Part shown: one piece after another, positions 34,031-44,976 of the stretch
How positions within the stretch are numbered: the first letter of the stretch is position 1
How the letters are laid out: the number at the start of each line of letters is the position of its first letter
Assembly: GCA_902787555.1 (NCBI GenBank)
Contig: CADAGO010000018.1
Location: forward strand, 9,444 to 73,443
Origin: an uncultured Bacteroidales bacterium
GTDB taxonomy: Bacteria; Bacteroidota; Bacteroidia; Bacteroidales; Bacteroidaceae
DNA length: 64,000 nucleotides
Reading direction: 5' to 3'
Position numbers and translations under genes: made by a program
Notes under the pieces: model-generated
What the model saw: the letters and a program-made list of their open reading frames with translations, nothing else
Told to the model about the DNA's origin: nothing
Databases searched by the model: none

Positions 34031-35167
34031 ATGATAAGATATTTCGATTTGAAACGCATCAATGCCTCGTTTGGTGACGACCTTAAGGCTGCCATCAACC
34101 GTGCGGTCAATTCGGGTTGGTACATCAAAGGCAGCGAAGTGGAGCAGTTTGAGAACGAGTTTGCTGCTTATGTGGGCACCAATTACTGCATTGGTGTGGG
34201 AAACGGACTGGATGCTCTTACAGCGGTGCTGATGGCATGGAAGCAAATCTATGGATGGAACGATGGTGATGAAGTGATTGTTCCTGATAACACCTTTATC
34301 GCTACTGCCCTTGCGGTTACACGTGCAGGTCTCACTCCTGTGCTGTGTGAACCCCATCAGGAAGTCCCGACAATTGATGAAACACAAATCGAACGTCATA
34401 TTACACCGCTTACTCGTGCCATCATCCCCGTTCATCTATACGGATTGATGTGCCACATGGATGCCATCAACCGTATTGCTCGCAAGCATCGTCTCAAGGT
34501 TCTAGAGGATGCTTGTCAGGCACACGGTGCCATCTGTTATTCGACCTCGCAGCTTCAATTATCAACGCTTTTCGGACGTAGGGCAGGCAATAATAGTGAT
34601 GCTGCCGCATTCAGTTTCTATCCAGCTAAGAATCTGGGATGTTTGGGTGATGGAGGAGCAGTGACAACCAACGATTCAGAGTTGGCAGAACGAGTAAGGG
34701 CAATTACCAACTATGGCCAGTCACAGAAGTATCAGCATGACTATCAGGGATTCAACAGCAGGTTGGACGAACTGCAAGCAGCTGTTCTTAGCGTGAAACT
34801 ACACCGTCTCGACAAGGATAACACACGACGTATCGAAATTGCACACTACTATTCCACACATATCTGTCATCCGGCAGTTACGTTATTACCCGACATTACC
34901 GACAGTAGTCATGTGTATCACATCTATGCCATCAAGTGTAAGAACCGTAACTATCTGCAGCAACTGCTACTCGAACATGGCATACAGACCCAAGTACATT
35001 ATCCTGTTTCTATTCATCGACAGAAAGCATATAGTCAGTATGCACAATTGCGTCTGCCTATTTCTGACCATTGGGCTGACGACGAACTCAGTCTGCCACT
35101 CAGTCCATTGATGACTGACGAGGAAGTGCAGACAATAGTTGATGCTATCAATCAGAATATATTCTAA
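34031..35167 (+). CDS. DegT/DnrJ/EryC1/StrS-family PLP-dependent sugar aminotransferase
   Basis: 378-aa ORF. Motifs: GSEVEQFENEFAAYVG, GVGNGLDALT, DACQAHGA and AAAFSFYPAKNLGCLGDGGAVTTND (the Lys in FYPAKNLG is the expected PLP lysine). Confidence 0.85.
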   Translation: MIRYFDLKRINASFGDDLKAAINRAVNSGWYIKGSEVEQFENEFAAYVGTNYCIGVGNGLDALTAVLMAWKQIYGWNDGDEVIVPDNTFIATALAVTRAGLTPVLCEPHQEVPTIDETQIERHITPLTRAIIPVHLYGLMCHMDAINRIARKHRLKVLEDACQAHGAICYSTSQLQLSTLFGRRAGNNSDAAAFSFYPAKNLGCLGDGGAVTTNDSELAERVRAITNYGQSQKYQHDYQGFNSRLDELQAAVLSVKLHRLDKDNTRRIEIAHYYSTHICHPAVTLLPDITDSSHVYHIYAIKCKNRNYLQQLLLEHGIQTQVHYPVSIHRQKAYSQYAQLRLPISDHWADDELSLPLSPLMTDEEVQTIVDAINQNIF

Positions 35168-35189
35168 GAAAAGAATATACTCTTTTCAA

Positions 35190-35223
35190 GAACATATGTT
35201 CATCAAGCTATGAACATATGTGG
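35190..35223. repeat. GAACATATGTTC palindrome plus a 10/12 second copy 22 bp downstream
   Basis: gaacatatgttc (35190-35201) is a perfect palindrome; the second copy is gaacatatgtgg (35212-35223). The pair starts 23 nt after the aminotransferase stop. Confidence 0.7.
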
Positions 35224-35293
35224 AAGAACTCTATTGCCTCTTATGATTAGGGTATGTAAAGAGCGAAGGATCGCTATGGAATAATGAAACAAA

Positions 35294-35329
35294 AAACGAG
35301 TTGAAGCATCATGTGCATTCAACTCGTTT
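35294..35329. terminator. Bidirectional rho-independent terminator (tkt operon and aminotransferase gene)
   Basis: 12-bp stem aaacgagttgaa / ttcaactcgttt with a 12-nt loop. On the minus strand it is followed by TTTTTTG, and on the plus strand by tttctgtttc. Confidence 0.7.
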
Positions 35330-35397
35330 CTGTTTCAGTTGATAGGTTTCAAACCCTATCCTGAGTTATTCTCGCCAAAGGGCTAATGTCTAAATCA

Positions 35398-37416
35398 CTA
35401 CAAGCTCTTTACTTGATTGTAGACATTCTCTGCAGTGAAGCCGAGTTTCTCATCGAGCACCTTATAGGGAGCAGAGAAACCGAAACTGCTGAGACCCCAT
35501 ACCTTACCTTCGTTGCGTGGAACGAGGCCTTCGAGGTTTACTGGGAGACCGGCTGTGAGACCGAACTTCTTCACGCCTGCAGGGAGAATCTGTGCCTGAT
35601 AGTCAGCTGACTGTGTACGGAAGAGACCTTCGGATGGTACACTGACAATAGAGCACTTGATGCCATCCTTGCGAAGGAGTTCTGCACCTGCTACAAGGGT
35701 AGATACTTCTGAACCAGATGCTACGAGCACTACATCAGGGTTGGCATCGCTACCAGCAACGATGTATGCACCCTTTGCAGCCTGACTGTAGTCATTTCCT
35801 TCTGGCAGGTCAGCGATGTTCTGACGAGAGAGAATGAGGGCAGATGGGGTAGTGGTGTTCTCCATTGCAAGTTTCCATGCTGCAGTCGTTTCCTTTGCGT
35901 CAGCAGGACGGAGTACGAGCATTGAGTTCTTACCGCTGTGGTTCTGCAGTTTCTCCATGAGACGAATCTGTGCTTCCTGTTCAACAGGTTCGTGAGTAGG
36001 TCCGTCTTCACCGACACGGAATGCATCGTGTGTCCAGATGAACTTCACTGGAAGTTCCATGAGTGCAGCCATACGTACGGCAGGCTTCATATAATCAGAG
36101 AATACGAAGAAGGTTCCGCATGCAGGGATGACACCTCCGTGGAGCGCCATACCGATACAGCAGCATGCCATTGTAAGCTCTGCTACACCAGCCTGGAAGA
36201 AAGCACCTGAGAAGTCGCCTGCTGTGAATGCATGTGTCTTCTTGAGGAAGCCGTCTGTCTTGTCTGAGTTAGAAAGGTCGGCAGATGCACAAATCATATT
36301 TGGCACCTGTTCAGCCAATACACTCAGTACTGCAGCGCTTGCGCTACGAGTAGCATCATTAGCTTTCTGCTGAACAGCAGACCAATCTACCTTAGGTGCA
36401 GCACCGCTGAACCACTCTGCTTGCTGAACAGCTTTGTCTGGATTAGCAGCAGCCCATGCAGCTTCTTCTGCATAACGTGCAGCACAGATGTCCTTCAATT
36501 CTGCAGCACGCTTAGCATACATCTCTTTTACATCGTCGAAAATCTGGAATGGTGCATCTGGGTCACCACCAAGATTCTTGATAGTGTTGCGATAAGCATC
36601 ACCTCCAAGAGGAGCACCGTGGGTCTTGCAGTTTGCTTCGTATGACGAACCATCATCCTTACGTGCACCCTTACCCATGATGCACTTACCAATGATGAGT
36701 GCAGGCTTACCTTGAACAGCCTTTGCCCATTGTATTGCCTCACGAATCTGTGCAGCATCGTTACCGTTGATTGTCTTTACTTCCCAACCGAGTGCACGAT
36801 ATTTAGCAGCAGTGTCTTCGTTCATAACCTCCTTGGTCTCAGTTGAGAGCTGGATGTCGTTTGAATCGTAGAACATTACAAGGTTATCAAGACCAAGGAT
36901 ACCTGCGATACGAGCACCACCCTGACTGATTTCCTCTTCGATACCACCATCAGAGATATAAGCATAGACAGTTTCCTTAGAGAAAGTAGGATTGCCTGTA
37001 TGTGCGGCAAGGAACTTCGCTGCAATCGCAGCTCCGATAGCGAATACATGTCCTTGTCCAAGTGGACCAGAAGTGTTTTCGATACCACGAGCTACTTCGA
37101 ACTCTGGGTGGCCTGTAGTTGGAGAACCCCATTGACGAAGCTGAGCGAGTTCATCAAGTGTGAACTTGCCAATGAGTGCCAATTGTGAGTAGAGCATTGG
37201 AGCCATGTGACCAGGATCGAGGAAGAAACGGTCACGTCCTACCCATTCGGGCTTCTCAGGGTCATATTGTAAGAACTCTGAATACAAGACGTTGATGAAA
37301 TCAGCACCACCCATTGCACCGCCTGGGTGTCCTGACTTTGCTTTTTCTACCATTGATGCAGCAAGAATACGGATGTTGTCAGCTGCATGGTTTAATACTT
37401 GAATGGAATTTGACAT
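35398..37416 (-). CDS. tkt: Transketolase
   Basis: 672-aa ORF. Motifs: SGHPGGAMGGADF, GPLGQGH, ISDGGIEEEIS and THDAFRVGEDGPTHEPVEQ. Confidence 0.92.
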   Translation of the reverse strand: MSNSIQVLNHAADNIRILAASMVEKAKSGHPGGAMGGADFINVLYSEFLQYDPEKPEWVGRDRFFLDPGHMAPMLYSQLALIGKFTLDELAQLRQWGSPTTGHPEFEVARGIENTSGPLGQGHVFAIGAAIAAKFLAAHTGNPTFSKETVYAYISDGGIEEEISQGGARIAGILGLDNLVMFYDSNDIQLSTETKEVMNEDTAAKYRALGWEVKTINGNDAAQIREAIQWAKAVQGKPALIIGKCIMGKGARKDDGSSYEANCKTHGAPLGGDAYRNTIKNLGGDPDAPFQIFDDVKEMYAKRAAELKDICAARYAEEAAWAAANPDKAVQQAEWFSGAAPKVDWSAVQQKANDATRSASAAVLSVLAEQVPNMICASADLSNSDKTDGFLKKTHAFTAGDFSGAFFQAGVAELTMACCCIGMALHGGVIPACGTFFVFSDYMKPAVRMAALMELPVKFIWTHDAFRVGEDGPTHEPVEQEAQIRLMEKLQNHSGKNSMLVLRPADAKETTAAWKLAMENTTTPSALILSRQNIADLPEGNDYSQAAKGAYIVAGSDANPDVVLVASGSEVSTLVAGAELLRKDGIKCSIVSVPSEGLFRTQSADYQAQILPAGVKKFGLTAGLPVNLEGLVPRNEGKVWGLSSFGFSAPYKVLDEKLGFTAENVYNQVKSL

Positions 37417-37427
37417 TTTACTATTAT

Positions 37428-39020
37428 TTATAATTTATGATTCTCTACGGCTGCCTGCTCAATAGCAAGGTCTGCCTTGTAGTTTTCAAGATAGCGATTA
37501 AATCCATCGACTTCCTCTGGAGTAGGAGCGATAGATGTACCAGCATTGCCTGCGAATACCACTTGATCGAGGTAATCGGCAAGAGATAGTTTATTTGTGT
37601 TGTTCACTGCATACGCAGCAAGGAGTGCAATACCCCATGCACCACCTTCTCCTGCAGTCTCCATTACTGAGATAGGAGAGTTGAGAGCAGCAGCCAGCAT
37701 ACGTTGTCCAACACCTGGAGTAGTGAAATAACCACCATGACCTGTGATGCGGTCTACCTTTACGTTCTCTTCTTTCAGCAATACATCGTTACCCACTTTG
37801 AGTACGCCGATGGCTCCATAAAGATGAGCACGCATGAAGTTGGCAAGATTGAACTTGTCGTTAGCAGAACGAACGACAAGAGGACGTCCGTCAGCTAAAC
37901 CTGTTACAGGTTCACCAGAAATGTAGTTATATGAAATAAGTCCTCCACAGTCGGCATCACCCTTGAGAGCTATGTTGAAGAGGGTAGTGTAGAGGGTGTT
38001 AGTGTCCTGCTGAACACCTAGCAGTTCTGCATATTCCTTGAAGAGCTTCACCCACGCATTGATGTCGGAAGTACAGTTATTGCAGTGTACCATTGCTACG
38101 AGTGAACCGTCAGGAGTAGTGACCATATCAATCATCTCGTATGGTTTGGAGAGTTCTTTCTCAAGTACAATCATTGAGAATGATGACGTACCTGCGCTGA
38201 CATTACCAGTGCGTTGTTTCACAGAATTGGTAGCAACCATACCGGTACCAGCATCGCCTTCTGGTGGACAAAGTGGAATACCAGGTTTCAGATGACCAGA
38301 CACATCGAGGCGGTTTGCACCCTCTGGAGTAAGGAATCCTGCATTCTCGCCTGCATTGAGTGACTTTGGAAGAATGTCGAGCAATGTCCAGTTGAAACCT
38401 TTAGGAGCAATGAGCTTGTTGAACTTATCAACCATTACAGCATCGTAAGTCTTGGTTTTAGGATCAACAGGAATCATACCTGATGCATCGCCTACACCTA
38501 ATACCTTCTCACCTGTAAGCTGCCAGTGAACATAACCAGCCAAAGTAGTGAGGAAGTCGATATCAGCAACATGCTCTTCATTGTCGAGAATAGCCTCGTA
38601 GAGATGTGATATGCTCCAACGGAGAGGAATGTTATAGTTGAAGAGTTCTGACAGCTCGGCTGCTGCCTTTCCGGTATTGGTGTTACGCCAAGTGCGGAAA
38701 GGTACAAGTATAGTGTTACCCTTAAATGGCATATAACCATGCATCATAGCACTGATACCGATGCCGGCAAGTGTCTCAATTTCTATTTCATATTGTGCAA
38801 GGACATTCTTGCGAAGGTCGGCATAGCAATCCTGAAGACCATACCAAATAGCATCGGTACTATAGGTCCAAAGTCCATCTACCAACTGGTTTTCCCATGT
38901 GTGGCTACCTTGTGCGATTGGTTTGTTGTCTTCGTCGATAAGGACTGCTTTAATACGGGTAGAGCCAAACTCGATACCGAGAATGGCTTTACCTGATTGT
39001 ATAGTTTGTTTTGCTGTCAT
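37428..39020 (-). CDS. araB: FGGY-family sugar kinase, L-ribulokinase by context
   Basis: 530-aa ORF. The N-terminal ATPase fold is [14 protein letters not shown], and it also has [11 protein letters not shown] and HGGYF. It lies directly downstream of araA and araD, as in Bacteroides ara operons. Substrate specificity is inferred from context. Confidence 0.7.
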   Translation of the reverse strand: MTAKQTIQSGKAILGIEFGSTRIKAVLIDEDNKPIAQGSHTWENQLVDGLWTYSTDAIWYGLQDCYADLRKNVLAQYEIEIETLAGIGISAMMHGYMPFKGNTILVPFRTWRNTNTGKAAAELSELFNYNIPLRWSISHLYEAILDNEEHVADIDFLTTLAGYVHWQLTGEKVLGVGDASGMIPVDPKTKTYDAVMVDKFNKLIAPKGFNWTLLDILPKSLNAGENAGFLTPEGANRLDVSGHLKPGIPLCPPEGDAGTGMVATNSVKQRTGNVSAGTSSFSMIVLEKELSKPYEMIDMVTTPDGSLVAMVHCNNCTSDINAWVKLFKEYAELLGVQQDTNTLYTTLFNIALKGDADCGGLISYNYISGEPVTGLADGRPLVVRSANDKFNLANFMRAHLYGAIGVLKVGNDVLLKEENVKVDRITGHGGYFTTPGVGQRMLAAALNSPISVMETAGEGGAWGIALLAAYAVNNTNKLSLADYLDQVVFAGNAGTSIAPTPEEVDGFNRYLENYKADLAIEQAAVENHKL

Positions 39021-39022
39021 AA

Positions 39023-40561
39023 TTACTTGAGAGCTTTGTTCAACATGTAGTACATCTCGTTGTTCTGCAGTTGCTGCTTGAATTCATAAGTCTTCGTATC
39101 CTTATTGATCTTGATATATTCAATACCAACGATTTCTGCGAAGTCCTCCCAGTAGTCTTCAGTGATGTCATAAGAGAAGGCGCTGTGGTGAGTACCACCT
39201 GCGAGAATCCATGCACCTGCACCAATTTCGAAAGTAGGCTGTGGTACCCACAGTGCTGAAGCAACAGGAAGGTGAGGCATTGGTTTAGGTTCGATACACT
39301 CAACCTCCTGAGAAATGAGACGGAATCGGTTGCCGAGATCAACAACAGTTGCCTTGATTCCACGACCTGTCTTTGATGTGAACACAAGACGGGCTGTCTG
39401 CTGCTTACGGATACCAATACCAAGGAAGTGAACTTCAAGCTTTGGTTTGTCGACTGCAATCATAGGACAAATCTCGAGCATGTGGCTCTGGAGACAAGAA
39501 CTGCGGTCACCTGCAAAGTTCAGAGTGTAATCCTCAAGGAATGAACAACCGATAGGCATACCTTGCTGTATAACCCAAAGTGTGCGATAAAGACAAGCTG
39601 TCTTCCAGTCACCTTCAGCACCAAAACCATAACCTTCAGCCATCAGACGCTGAGAAGCAAGACCTGGAATCTGGTCGAAACCAACGAAGTTAGGATCGTC
39701 AATGTCTGCATCACCAAGGTCGTCAAAGTTTGTAGTGAATGCAGTAGCTCCTTCGTCTTTCAATACACGACGGAGAGCGATTTCTGCCTTGGCAGCATTC
39801 TTTACCTTCTCCCAATATACTTCTTCACCACTCTCGTCAATCTTGATAGTATATTCCTTCTTGTATTCTTCAACAAGGGCATCTGCTTCAGAATCGGTTA
39901 CTTTCTTGAAGTATTCCATAAGTGAAGAAACAGGGTAGTAGTCAACGTGATAGCCCAGACGCTGTTCAAATTCTACACGGTCACCATCAGTTACTGCAAC
40001 GTTGTTCATGTTCATACCGAACATCAAGCAGCGTACTTTCTTGGCATCAGCAACTCCAGCTGCTACACGTGCCCATACTGCAATCTGCTTTTGGGCAGTT
40101 TCGTCCTTCCAATAACCACAAACAACCTTGCGAGGTACACGCATGCGAGTACAGATATGTCCGAACTCAATGTCACCATGAGCACTCTGGTTGAGGTTCA
40201 TGAAGTCCATGTCGATTGCATCCCAAGGAATTTCTGCGTTGTATTGTGTGTGGAAATGCAACAAAGGCTTCTGAAGAGCCTGAAGACCCTTGATCCACAT
40301 TTTAGCAGGTGAGAATGTATGCATCCAAGTGATGACTCCTATACACTTATCTTCGTTGTTGGCTGCCTTCATGATAGCTTCAACTTCGTTAGAAGAGTTA
40401 GCTGTGCCTTTATAAACAACTTTAATAGGAATGATACCACCCTTATTAAGTCCATCTACCATTTCTTTTGAGTGACCATCAACGATTTTCACAGTCTCGC
40501 CTCCGTAAAGAAGCTGTGCTCCAGTAATCCACCAAAGCTCTAAATTTTCAAATGCTTTCAT
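39023..40561 (-). CDS. araA: L-arabinose isomerase
   Basis: 512-aa ORF. It has the N-terminal [13 protein letters not shown] pattern (matching the usual WF.xGSQxLYG) and the blocks [11 protein letters not shown] and EGDWKTA. Confidence 0.88.
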   Translation of the reverse strand: MKAFENLELWWITGAQLLYGGETVKIVDGHSKEMVDGLNKGGIIPIKVVYKGTANSSNEVEAIMKAANNEDKCIGVITWMHTFSPAKMWIKGLQALQKPLLHFHTQYNAEIPWDAIDMDFMNLNQSAHGDIEFGHICTRMRVPRKVVCGYWKDETAQKQIAVWARVAAGVADAKKVRCLMFGMNMNNVAVTDGDRVEFEQRLGYHVDYYPVSSLMEYFKKVTDSEADALVEEYKKEYTIKIDESGEEVYWEKVKNAAKAEIALRRVLKDEGATAFTTNFDDLGDADIDDPNFVGFDQIPGLASQRLMAEGYGFGAEGDWKTACLYRTLWVIQQGMPIGCSFLEDYTLNFAGDRSSCLQSHMLEICPMIAVDKPKLEVHFLGIGIRKQQTARLVFTSKTGRGIKATVVDLGNRFRLISQEVECIEPKPMPHLPVASALWVPQPTFEIGAGAWILAGGTHHSAFSYDITEDYWEDFAEIVGIEYIKINKDTKTYEFKQQLQNNEMYYMLNKALK

Positions 40562-40609
40562 TAGATTTTGTTTTTTGTTTGTTAATGTTATATTAATTTG
40601 GTTTATTGA

Positions 40610-41320
40610 TTAATGCTTCTGTCCTTTCTGTCCATAGTAGGCATTTGGGCCATGTTTACGCATGTAATGCTTCTCGATGAGCAGCGGATTCATGGTAAGG
40701 TCAGGATTCACTGAAAATGCCACGAATGCCATCTTTGCACATTGTTCCATCACTTTGGCATTATAGACTGCGTTGTCAGGAGACGTGCCCCATGAGAATG
40801 GGCCATGGTTCTTGACTAGAACTGCAGGAGTGTGGTCGGGATTAATCTTACGGATGTTCAGGATCTCATCAACAATGACGTTACCTGTTTCCAGTTCGTA
40901 TTGACCCTTCACCTCAGCTTCAGTCATATCACGTGTACATGGAATGTCTTTGTAGAAATAGTCTGCATGAGTGGTTCCGATGTTAGGAATATCACGACCA
41001 GCCTGTGCAAAAGCAGTAGCATAGGTGGAGTGAGTATGAACCACGCCTTGAATATTTGGGAATGCTTTATATAAAACAAGGTGTGTAGGAGTGTCGGATG
41101 ATGGATTCAAGTCACCTTCCACTACTTTGCCAGTCTCAAGGTCAACAACGACCATGTCGCTTGCTTTCATCTCATCATAGCTTACGCCAGATGGCTTGAT
41201 GACAACTAAACCTTTTTCACGGTCAATGCCTGATACGTTGCCCCATGTGAAAATGACAAGTCCTTGTTTGACCAAGTCTAGATTGGCTTTGAATACTTTT
41301 TCTTTAAGTGCTTCTAACAT
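40610..41320 (-). CDS. araD: L-ribulose-5-phosphate 4-epimerase
   Basis: The ORF track starts at 41341; the ATG at 41320 gives the canonical [16 protein letters not shown] start. Motifs: [16 protein letters not shown] and [15 protein letters not shown]. Confidence 0.88.
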   Translation of the reverse strand: MLEALKEKVFKANLDLVKQGLVIFTWGNVSGIDREKGLVVIKPSGVSYDEMKASDMVVVDLETGKVVEGDLNPSSDTPTHLVLYKAFPNIQGVVHTHSTYATAFAQAGRDIPNIGTTHADYFYKDIPCTRDMTEAEVKGQYELETGNVIVDEILNIRKINPDHTPAVLVKNHGPFSWGTSPDNAVYNAKVMEQCAKMAFVAFSVNPDLTMNPLLIEKHYMRKHGPNAYYGQKGQKH

Positions 41321-41470
41321 AATACTTCTATTATTAATCAATTGTTTTTAAAATATTTCACACTTCCAAGGATTATTTCTAGATAATCTACGGAAGCAAA
41401 AAATAGATAAATACAATCAATAGGTTTTTGTTTTAATTTCTTTCTAATATGAATAATGTAATGTATGATG

Positions 41471-41504
41471 AAAAGCTACACCTACCGAAATAGGTGTAGC
41501 TTTT
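41471..41504 (-). terminator. Hairpin terminator after the SGLT symporter gene
   Basis: The stem of aaaagctacaccta-ccgaaa-taggtgtagctttt is 14 bp. It lies 10 nt after the minus-strand stop at 41514, and T-runs follow on both strands. Confidence 0.6.
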
Positions 41505-41513
41505 TATAAGAGA

Positions 41514-43466
41514 TTACCACAAGCAAATGTAGAGAATTGCAAGGATAACGATAATACCAATAGCTCCGACGTTGAATACGGTGTTTGTCTTGAAGATAGC
41601 TATGTCAACACCGATTGACTTCACGTCTTCAACCTTGTCCTTTGCATTAGAGCGTAGGTACCAGAAGAGGGTGAAGAACATAACTGTGAGGAAGAATATA
41701 GTCTCGGCACCATAGTTGCGGCAGTTTTCGTCCATCATCATAATGATACCTGCAATGAGTGTGATGACAGAGAGGCAAAGCATAATGGTTGACCACTTGA
41801 GCTGCTTCTTCACAACATCGGCTGTCAGCACCTCGGCTGGCTTTGTCTTCTTGCTCATCATAGAGATTGGGATGAACAGAGCTACCAAGCAGAGGAATAC
41901 GTATCCCATACGGATGAGGAACGGAACCTCAGGCAATGCGAACTTGAAGATGATAGAGAAGAGGAATGTACCGATAGCAGCAACTACGGCAGCTGTACCT
42001 GAAGAACGCTTCCACAAGAGACCAAGACCGAAGATAGTTACGATACCTGGATAAACGAATCCTGAGTACTCCTGGATTACCTGGAATGCCTGATCAGCTC
42101 CACCCATGATTGGGTAAACAGCGATGAGGGCGATGATGAGTGCAGAGAGTGATGTGATACGTCCTACTGTTACAAGTTTCTTGTCTGTAGCGTTCTTGTT
42201 AATAAACTTCTTATAGATATCCATCGTAAAGATGGTAGAAGTAGAGTTAAACATAGAAGCAAGTGATGAAATTACTGCTGCAGCGAGGGCTGCGAATGCG
42301 AGACCCTTAACCACTGTTGGAGTGAAGTGGTGGATGAGGAACGGATAAGCCTGGTCTGGACGTGTGATGCCGTTTTCTGCTACACCATGGATGAGCTTTT
42401 CGTAGAGTTCAGGTTGTTGGTTTACAATATAGAATGCACATACACCTGGGATACAAACGATGAACGGAATCAAAATCTTGAGGAATCCTGCAAATACCAT
42501 ACCCTTCTTTGCCTCATCAAGGTTCTTAGCAGCAAGACCCTTCTGGATGATATACTGGTTGAAGCCCCAGTAACCAAGGTTGGTAAGCCACAAAGCACCT
42601 ACGATAACTACGATACCTGGTATGTCGAAATATGGTTCTGATGTAACTGTATCTGCATAAGCACCGCCAGTACTATTGACAACGAGGTTGAAGTGCTTGT
42701 CACCATCAATTTGTCCCAATTCAGAGTATATCTTTCCTAAAGCACCCAATGCTCCTCCTGAGATGTTCAAATCACCTGCGATAAAGTCAAGTGCGAAGTA
42801 TGCGGTAATTAGACCACCACCAACGAGGAAGGTAACCTGCATCACGTCGGTCCAAGCTACTGATGCCAAACCTCCGTAGATTGAGTAAATACCTGCGATG
42901 ACGAAGAGGATGAGGATGATAGTGAGCAAGGTCATGTCAACTTCCATGCCAAAAATGAATCCTTGGACATCTGGCAGACCTAAAATCATCTTGATGGCGA
43001 TAGCTCCGAGCCATGCAACCGATGTAAGGTTGATGAACACATAGAGGAAGAGCCAGAAGATAGAGAAAGCCAGACCTACACCCCAGTTGTAGCGATCGCT
43101 CAAGAACTGCGGAATAGTGAAAATACCCTTCTTGATCATGAGTGGCAATAAGAACTTACCCACGATGATGAGTGCCAGAGCAGCTTCAAGTTCGTAAGCT
43201 GCCATTGCAATACCAGAAACGTATGCCGAACCTGACATACCGATAAACTGTTCGGCAGAGATGTTCGCTGCAATCAATGATGCACCGACAGCCCACCAAG
43301 TCAAAGTGTTACCTGCAAGGAAGTAGTCGTTAGATGATTTATCCTGACCCTTTTTGCTGCGTGAGAGGAATAGTCCCAAGCCCACCAGAATTACAATGTA
43401 GATGAGGACCACGATGTAGTCAATGGTCTCAAAGCCATTGTTTTTTAATGCTTCTAAAACGTTCAT
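41514..43466 (-). CDS. Sodium:solute symporter (SGLT-like sugar transporter)
   Basis: 650-aa ORF with about 14 TM helices. It has SSS-family blocks (YFLAGNTLTWWAVGASLIAANISAEQFIG, GGLASVAWTDVMQ). A pentose/hexose substrate is inferred from context. Confidence 0.85.
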   Translation of the reverse strand: MNVLEALKNNGFETIDYIVVLIYIVILVGLGLFLSRSKKGQDKSSNDYFLAGNTLTWWAVGASLIAANISAEQFIGMSGSAYVSGIAMAAYELEAALALIIVGKFLLPLMIKKGIFTIPQFLSDRYNWGVGLAFSIFWLFLYVFINLTSVAWLGAIAIKMILGLPDVQGFIFGMEVDMTLLTIILILFVIAGIYSIYGGLASVAWTDVMQVTFLVGGGLITAYFALDFIAGDLNISGGALGALGKIYSELGQIDGDKHFNLVVNSTGGAYADTVTSEPYFDIPGIVVIVGALWLTNLGYWGFNQYIIQKGLAAKNLDEAKKGMVFAGFLKILIPFIVCIPGVCAFYIVNQQPELYEKLIHGVAENGITRPDQAYPFLIHHFTPTVVKGLAFAALAAAVISSLASMFNSTSTIFTMDIYKKFINKNATDKKLVTVGRITSLSALIIALIAVYPIMGGADQAFQVIQEYSGFVYPGIVTIFGLGLLWKRSSGTAAVVAAIGTFLFSIIFKFALPEVPFLIRMGYVFLCLVALFIPISMMSKKTKPAEVLTADVVKKQLKWSTIMLCLSVITLIAGIIMMMDENCRNYGAETIFFLTVMFFTLFWYLRSNAKDKVEDVKSIGVDIAIFKTNTVFNVGAIGIIVILAILYICLW

Positions 43467-43515
43467 TTTAAATGATTTGAATTGTTTGTTATTATGTTAA
43501 TTGGTTTTTATTGTA

Positions 43516-44736
43516 TTATTTAGCAATTGAGAACGCAAACTTACAATATGAATGATAAGGCTGTTCTGGAGTTACGTATGGGTTACATAATTCCCAACCT
43601 GGTAATGTGTACTTGTTAGGTGAGTCTGGGTACTTCTGTGACTCAAGACAGATTGCGCAATGCTTTTGATACATAATACCTCCCTTGCCTGGACGAGTGC
43701 CATCTTGGAAGTTTGCGGTGTAGCACTGGATACCTGGCTCGTTAGTATAAACGTCAAGCTGAATGCCTGAGCGAGGATCCTTCATTGTAACAGCAACAGT
43801 CTTTGTGTTACCCTTTGTGTTCAGACACCAGTTGTGATCATAGCCGCCACCTACTGACTCCAGTTCTGGATCTCCACTTGCAAAGTCTGTACCGATTGCT
43901 TTAGGAGTGCGGAAGTCGAAAACTGTTCCTGCAACAGACTTGATTTCTCCTGTAGGAATCAAGTTGTCATCAGCAGGTGTATAGTTATCCGCGTTGATGT
44001 AAAGAATAGCATCATCAATAGTATTGTTGAGATCACCTGAGAGGTTGAAGTATGAGTGGTTTGTCATATTGATAACTGCAGGAGCATCTGATACTGCATC
44101 GTAGTTGATTACAATTTCGTTATTGTCAGTCAGTTCAAACTTAACAGTTGCGTCAATATAGCCAGGGAACTTATTGTCACCATCAGGAGAAATACGACGC
44201 AATGAGAGCAAATTGTCTGCTTCTTCTTCTACCTCATAAACCTGATACTGCCATCCTGTATAACCTCCATGCAGGCTTGCTACACCATTGTTGTTCTTGT
44301 CGAGGACAACTTCAGTACCATCTGGTGATGTATAAGTACCATTGTTGATTCTGTTGGCATAGCGACCTACAGAGCAACCATAGTCTGTCTCATAATTCCA
44401 TGGGAAATAGTTCTCAACTTTATCGAAGCCACAAACAACGTCAACAAACTTGCCGTCTTTGTCTGGTACCATAATACTTACGATACGAGCACCGAAGTTT
44501 GTAATACATACTTCCATACCATTAGCATTGGTAAGAGTGTAAAGCTTTACGGGCTGAGCATTTGCTGTGTCTTCAACAAATTTACCGTCAACATAGGCAA
44601 CAGCCACATTAGCGTCATAATCTGCAGGGTTAATACCTGATAATGTAAGTGCAGATTCTTGGGTTGGTTGGTCGCAAGCACAAACAAGTGCTACTAAAGC
44701 AGCCGAACCGAGAAGGATTGATTTAAAATTTCTCAT
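43516..44736 (-). CDS. galM: Aldose 1-epimerase (mutarotase), lipoprotein form
   Basis: 406-aa ORF with a signal peptide plus lipobox (LVALVCAC). Mutarotase blocks: VGRYANRI, SLHGG, NMTNHSYFNL and YDHNW. Confidence 0.8.
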   Translation of the reverse strand: MRNFKSILLGSAALVALVCACDQPTQESALTLSGINPADYDANVAVAYVDGKFVEDTANAQPVKLYTLTNANGMEVCITNFGARIVSIMVPDKDGKFVDVVCGFDKVENYFPWNYETDYGCSVGRYANRINNGTYTSPDGTEVVLDKNNNGVASLHGGYTGWQYQVYEVEEEADNLLSLRRISPDGDNKFPGYIDATVKFELTDNNEIVINYDAVSDAPAVINMTNHSYFNLSGDLNNTIDDAILYINADNYTPADDNLIPTGEIKSVAGTVFDFRTPKAIGTDFASGDPELESVGGGYDHNWCLNTKGNTKTVAVTMKDPRSGIQLDVYTNEPGIQCYTANFQDGTRPGKGGIMYQKHCAICLESQKYPDSPNKYTLPGWELCNPYVTPEQPYHSYCKFAFSIAK

Positions 44737-44800
44737 AATTCTTTAGATAAATTTTATTGTTAATGAATGAACTAAATTTCCTTTTATTCACTTTAGAGTG

Positions 44801-44808
44801 CAAACTTA
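44801..44808 (-). promoter_or_regulatory. -7 promoter box TAAGTTTG for the galM-SGLT unit
   Basis: Plus-strand caaactta is TAAGTTTG on the minus strand, 65 nt upstream of the ATG at 44736. Confidence 0.4.
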
Positions 44809-44931
44809 ATAAATATTTATGAAAATGGAAAACTTTTTTATAAAAAAATGTCTAAAAATAGTCATTATATTCCCAAACATCAAGAAATTCATCTTTTTAG
44901 ACTGTATAAACTTTGTTTATATTTACAAAAA

Positions 44932-44957
44932 AAGGATGCATCTTTCGATACATCCTT
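44932..44957 (-). terminator. Rho-independent terminator after galK
   Basis: On the minus strand, aaggatgtatc-gaaa-gatgcatcctt (one mismatch) is followed by TTTTTTTG. It lies 20 nt after the galK stop. Confidence 0.65.
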
Positions 44958-44976
44958 CCCTAAAAAAATGAATTAT

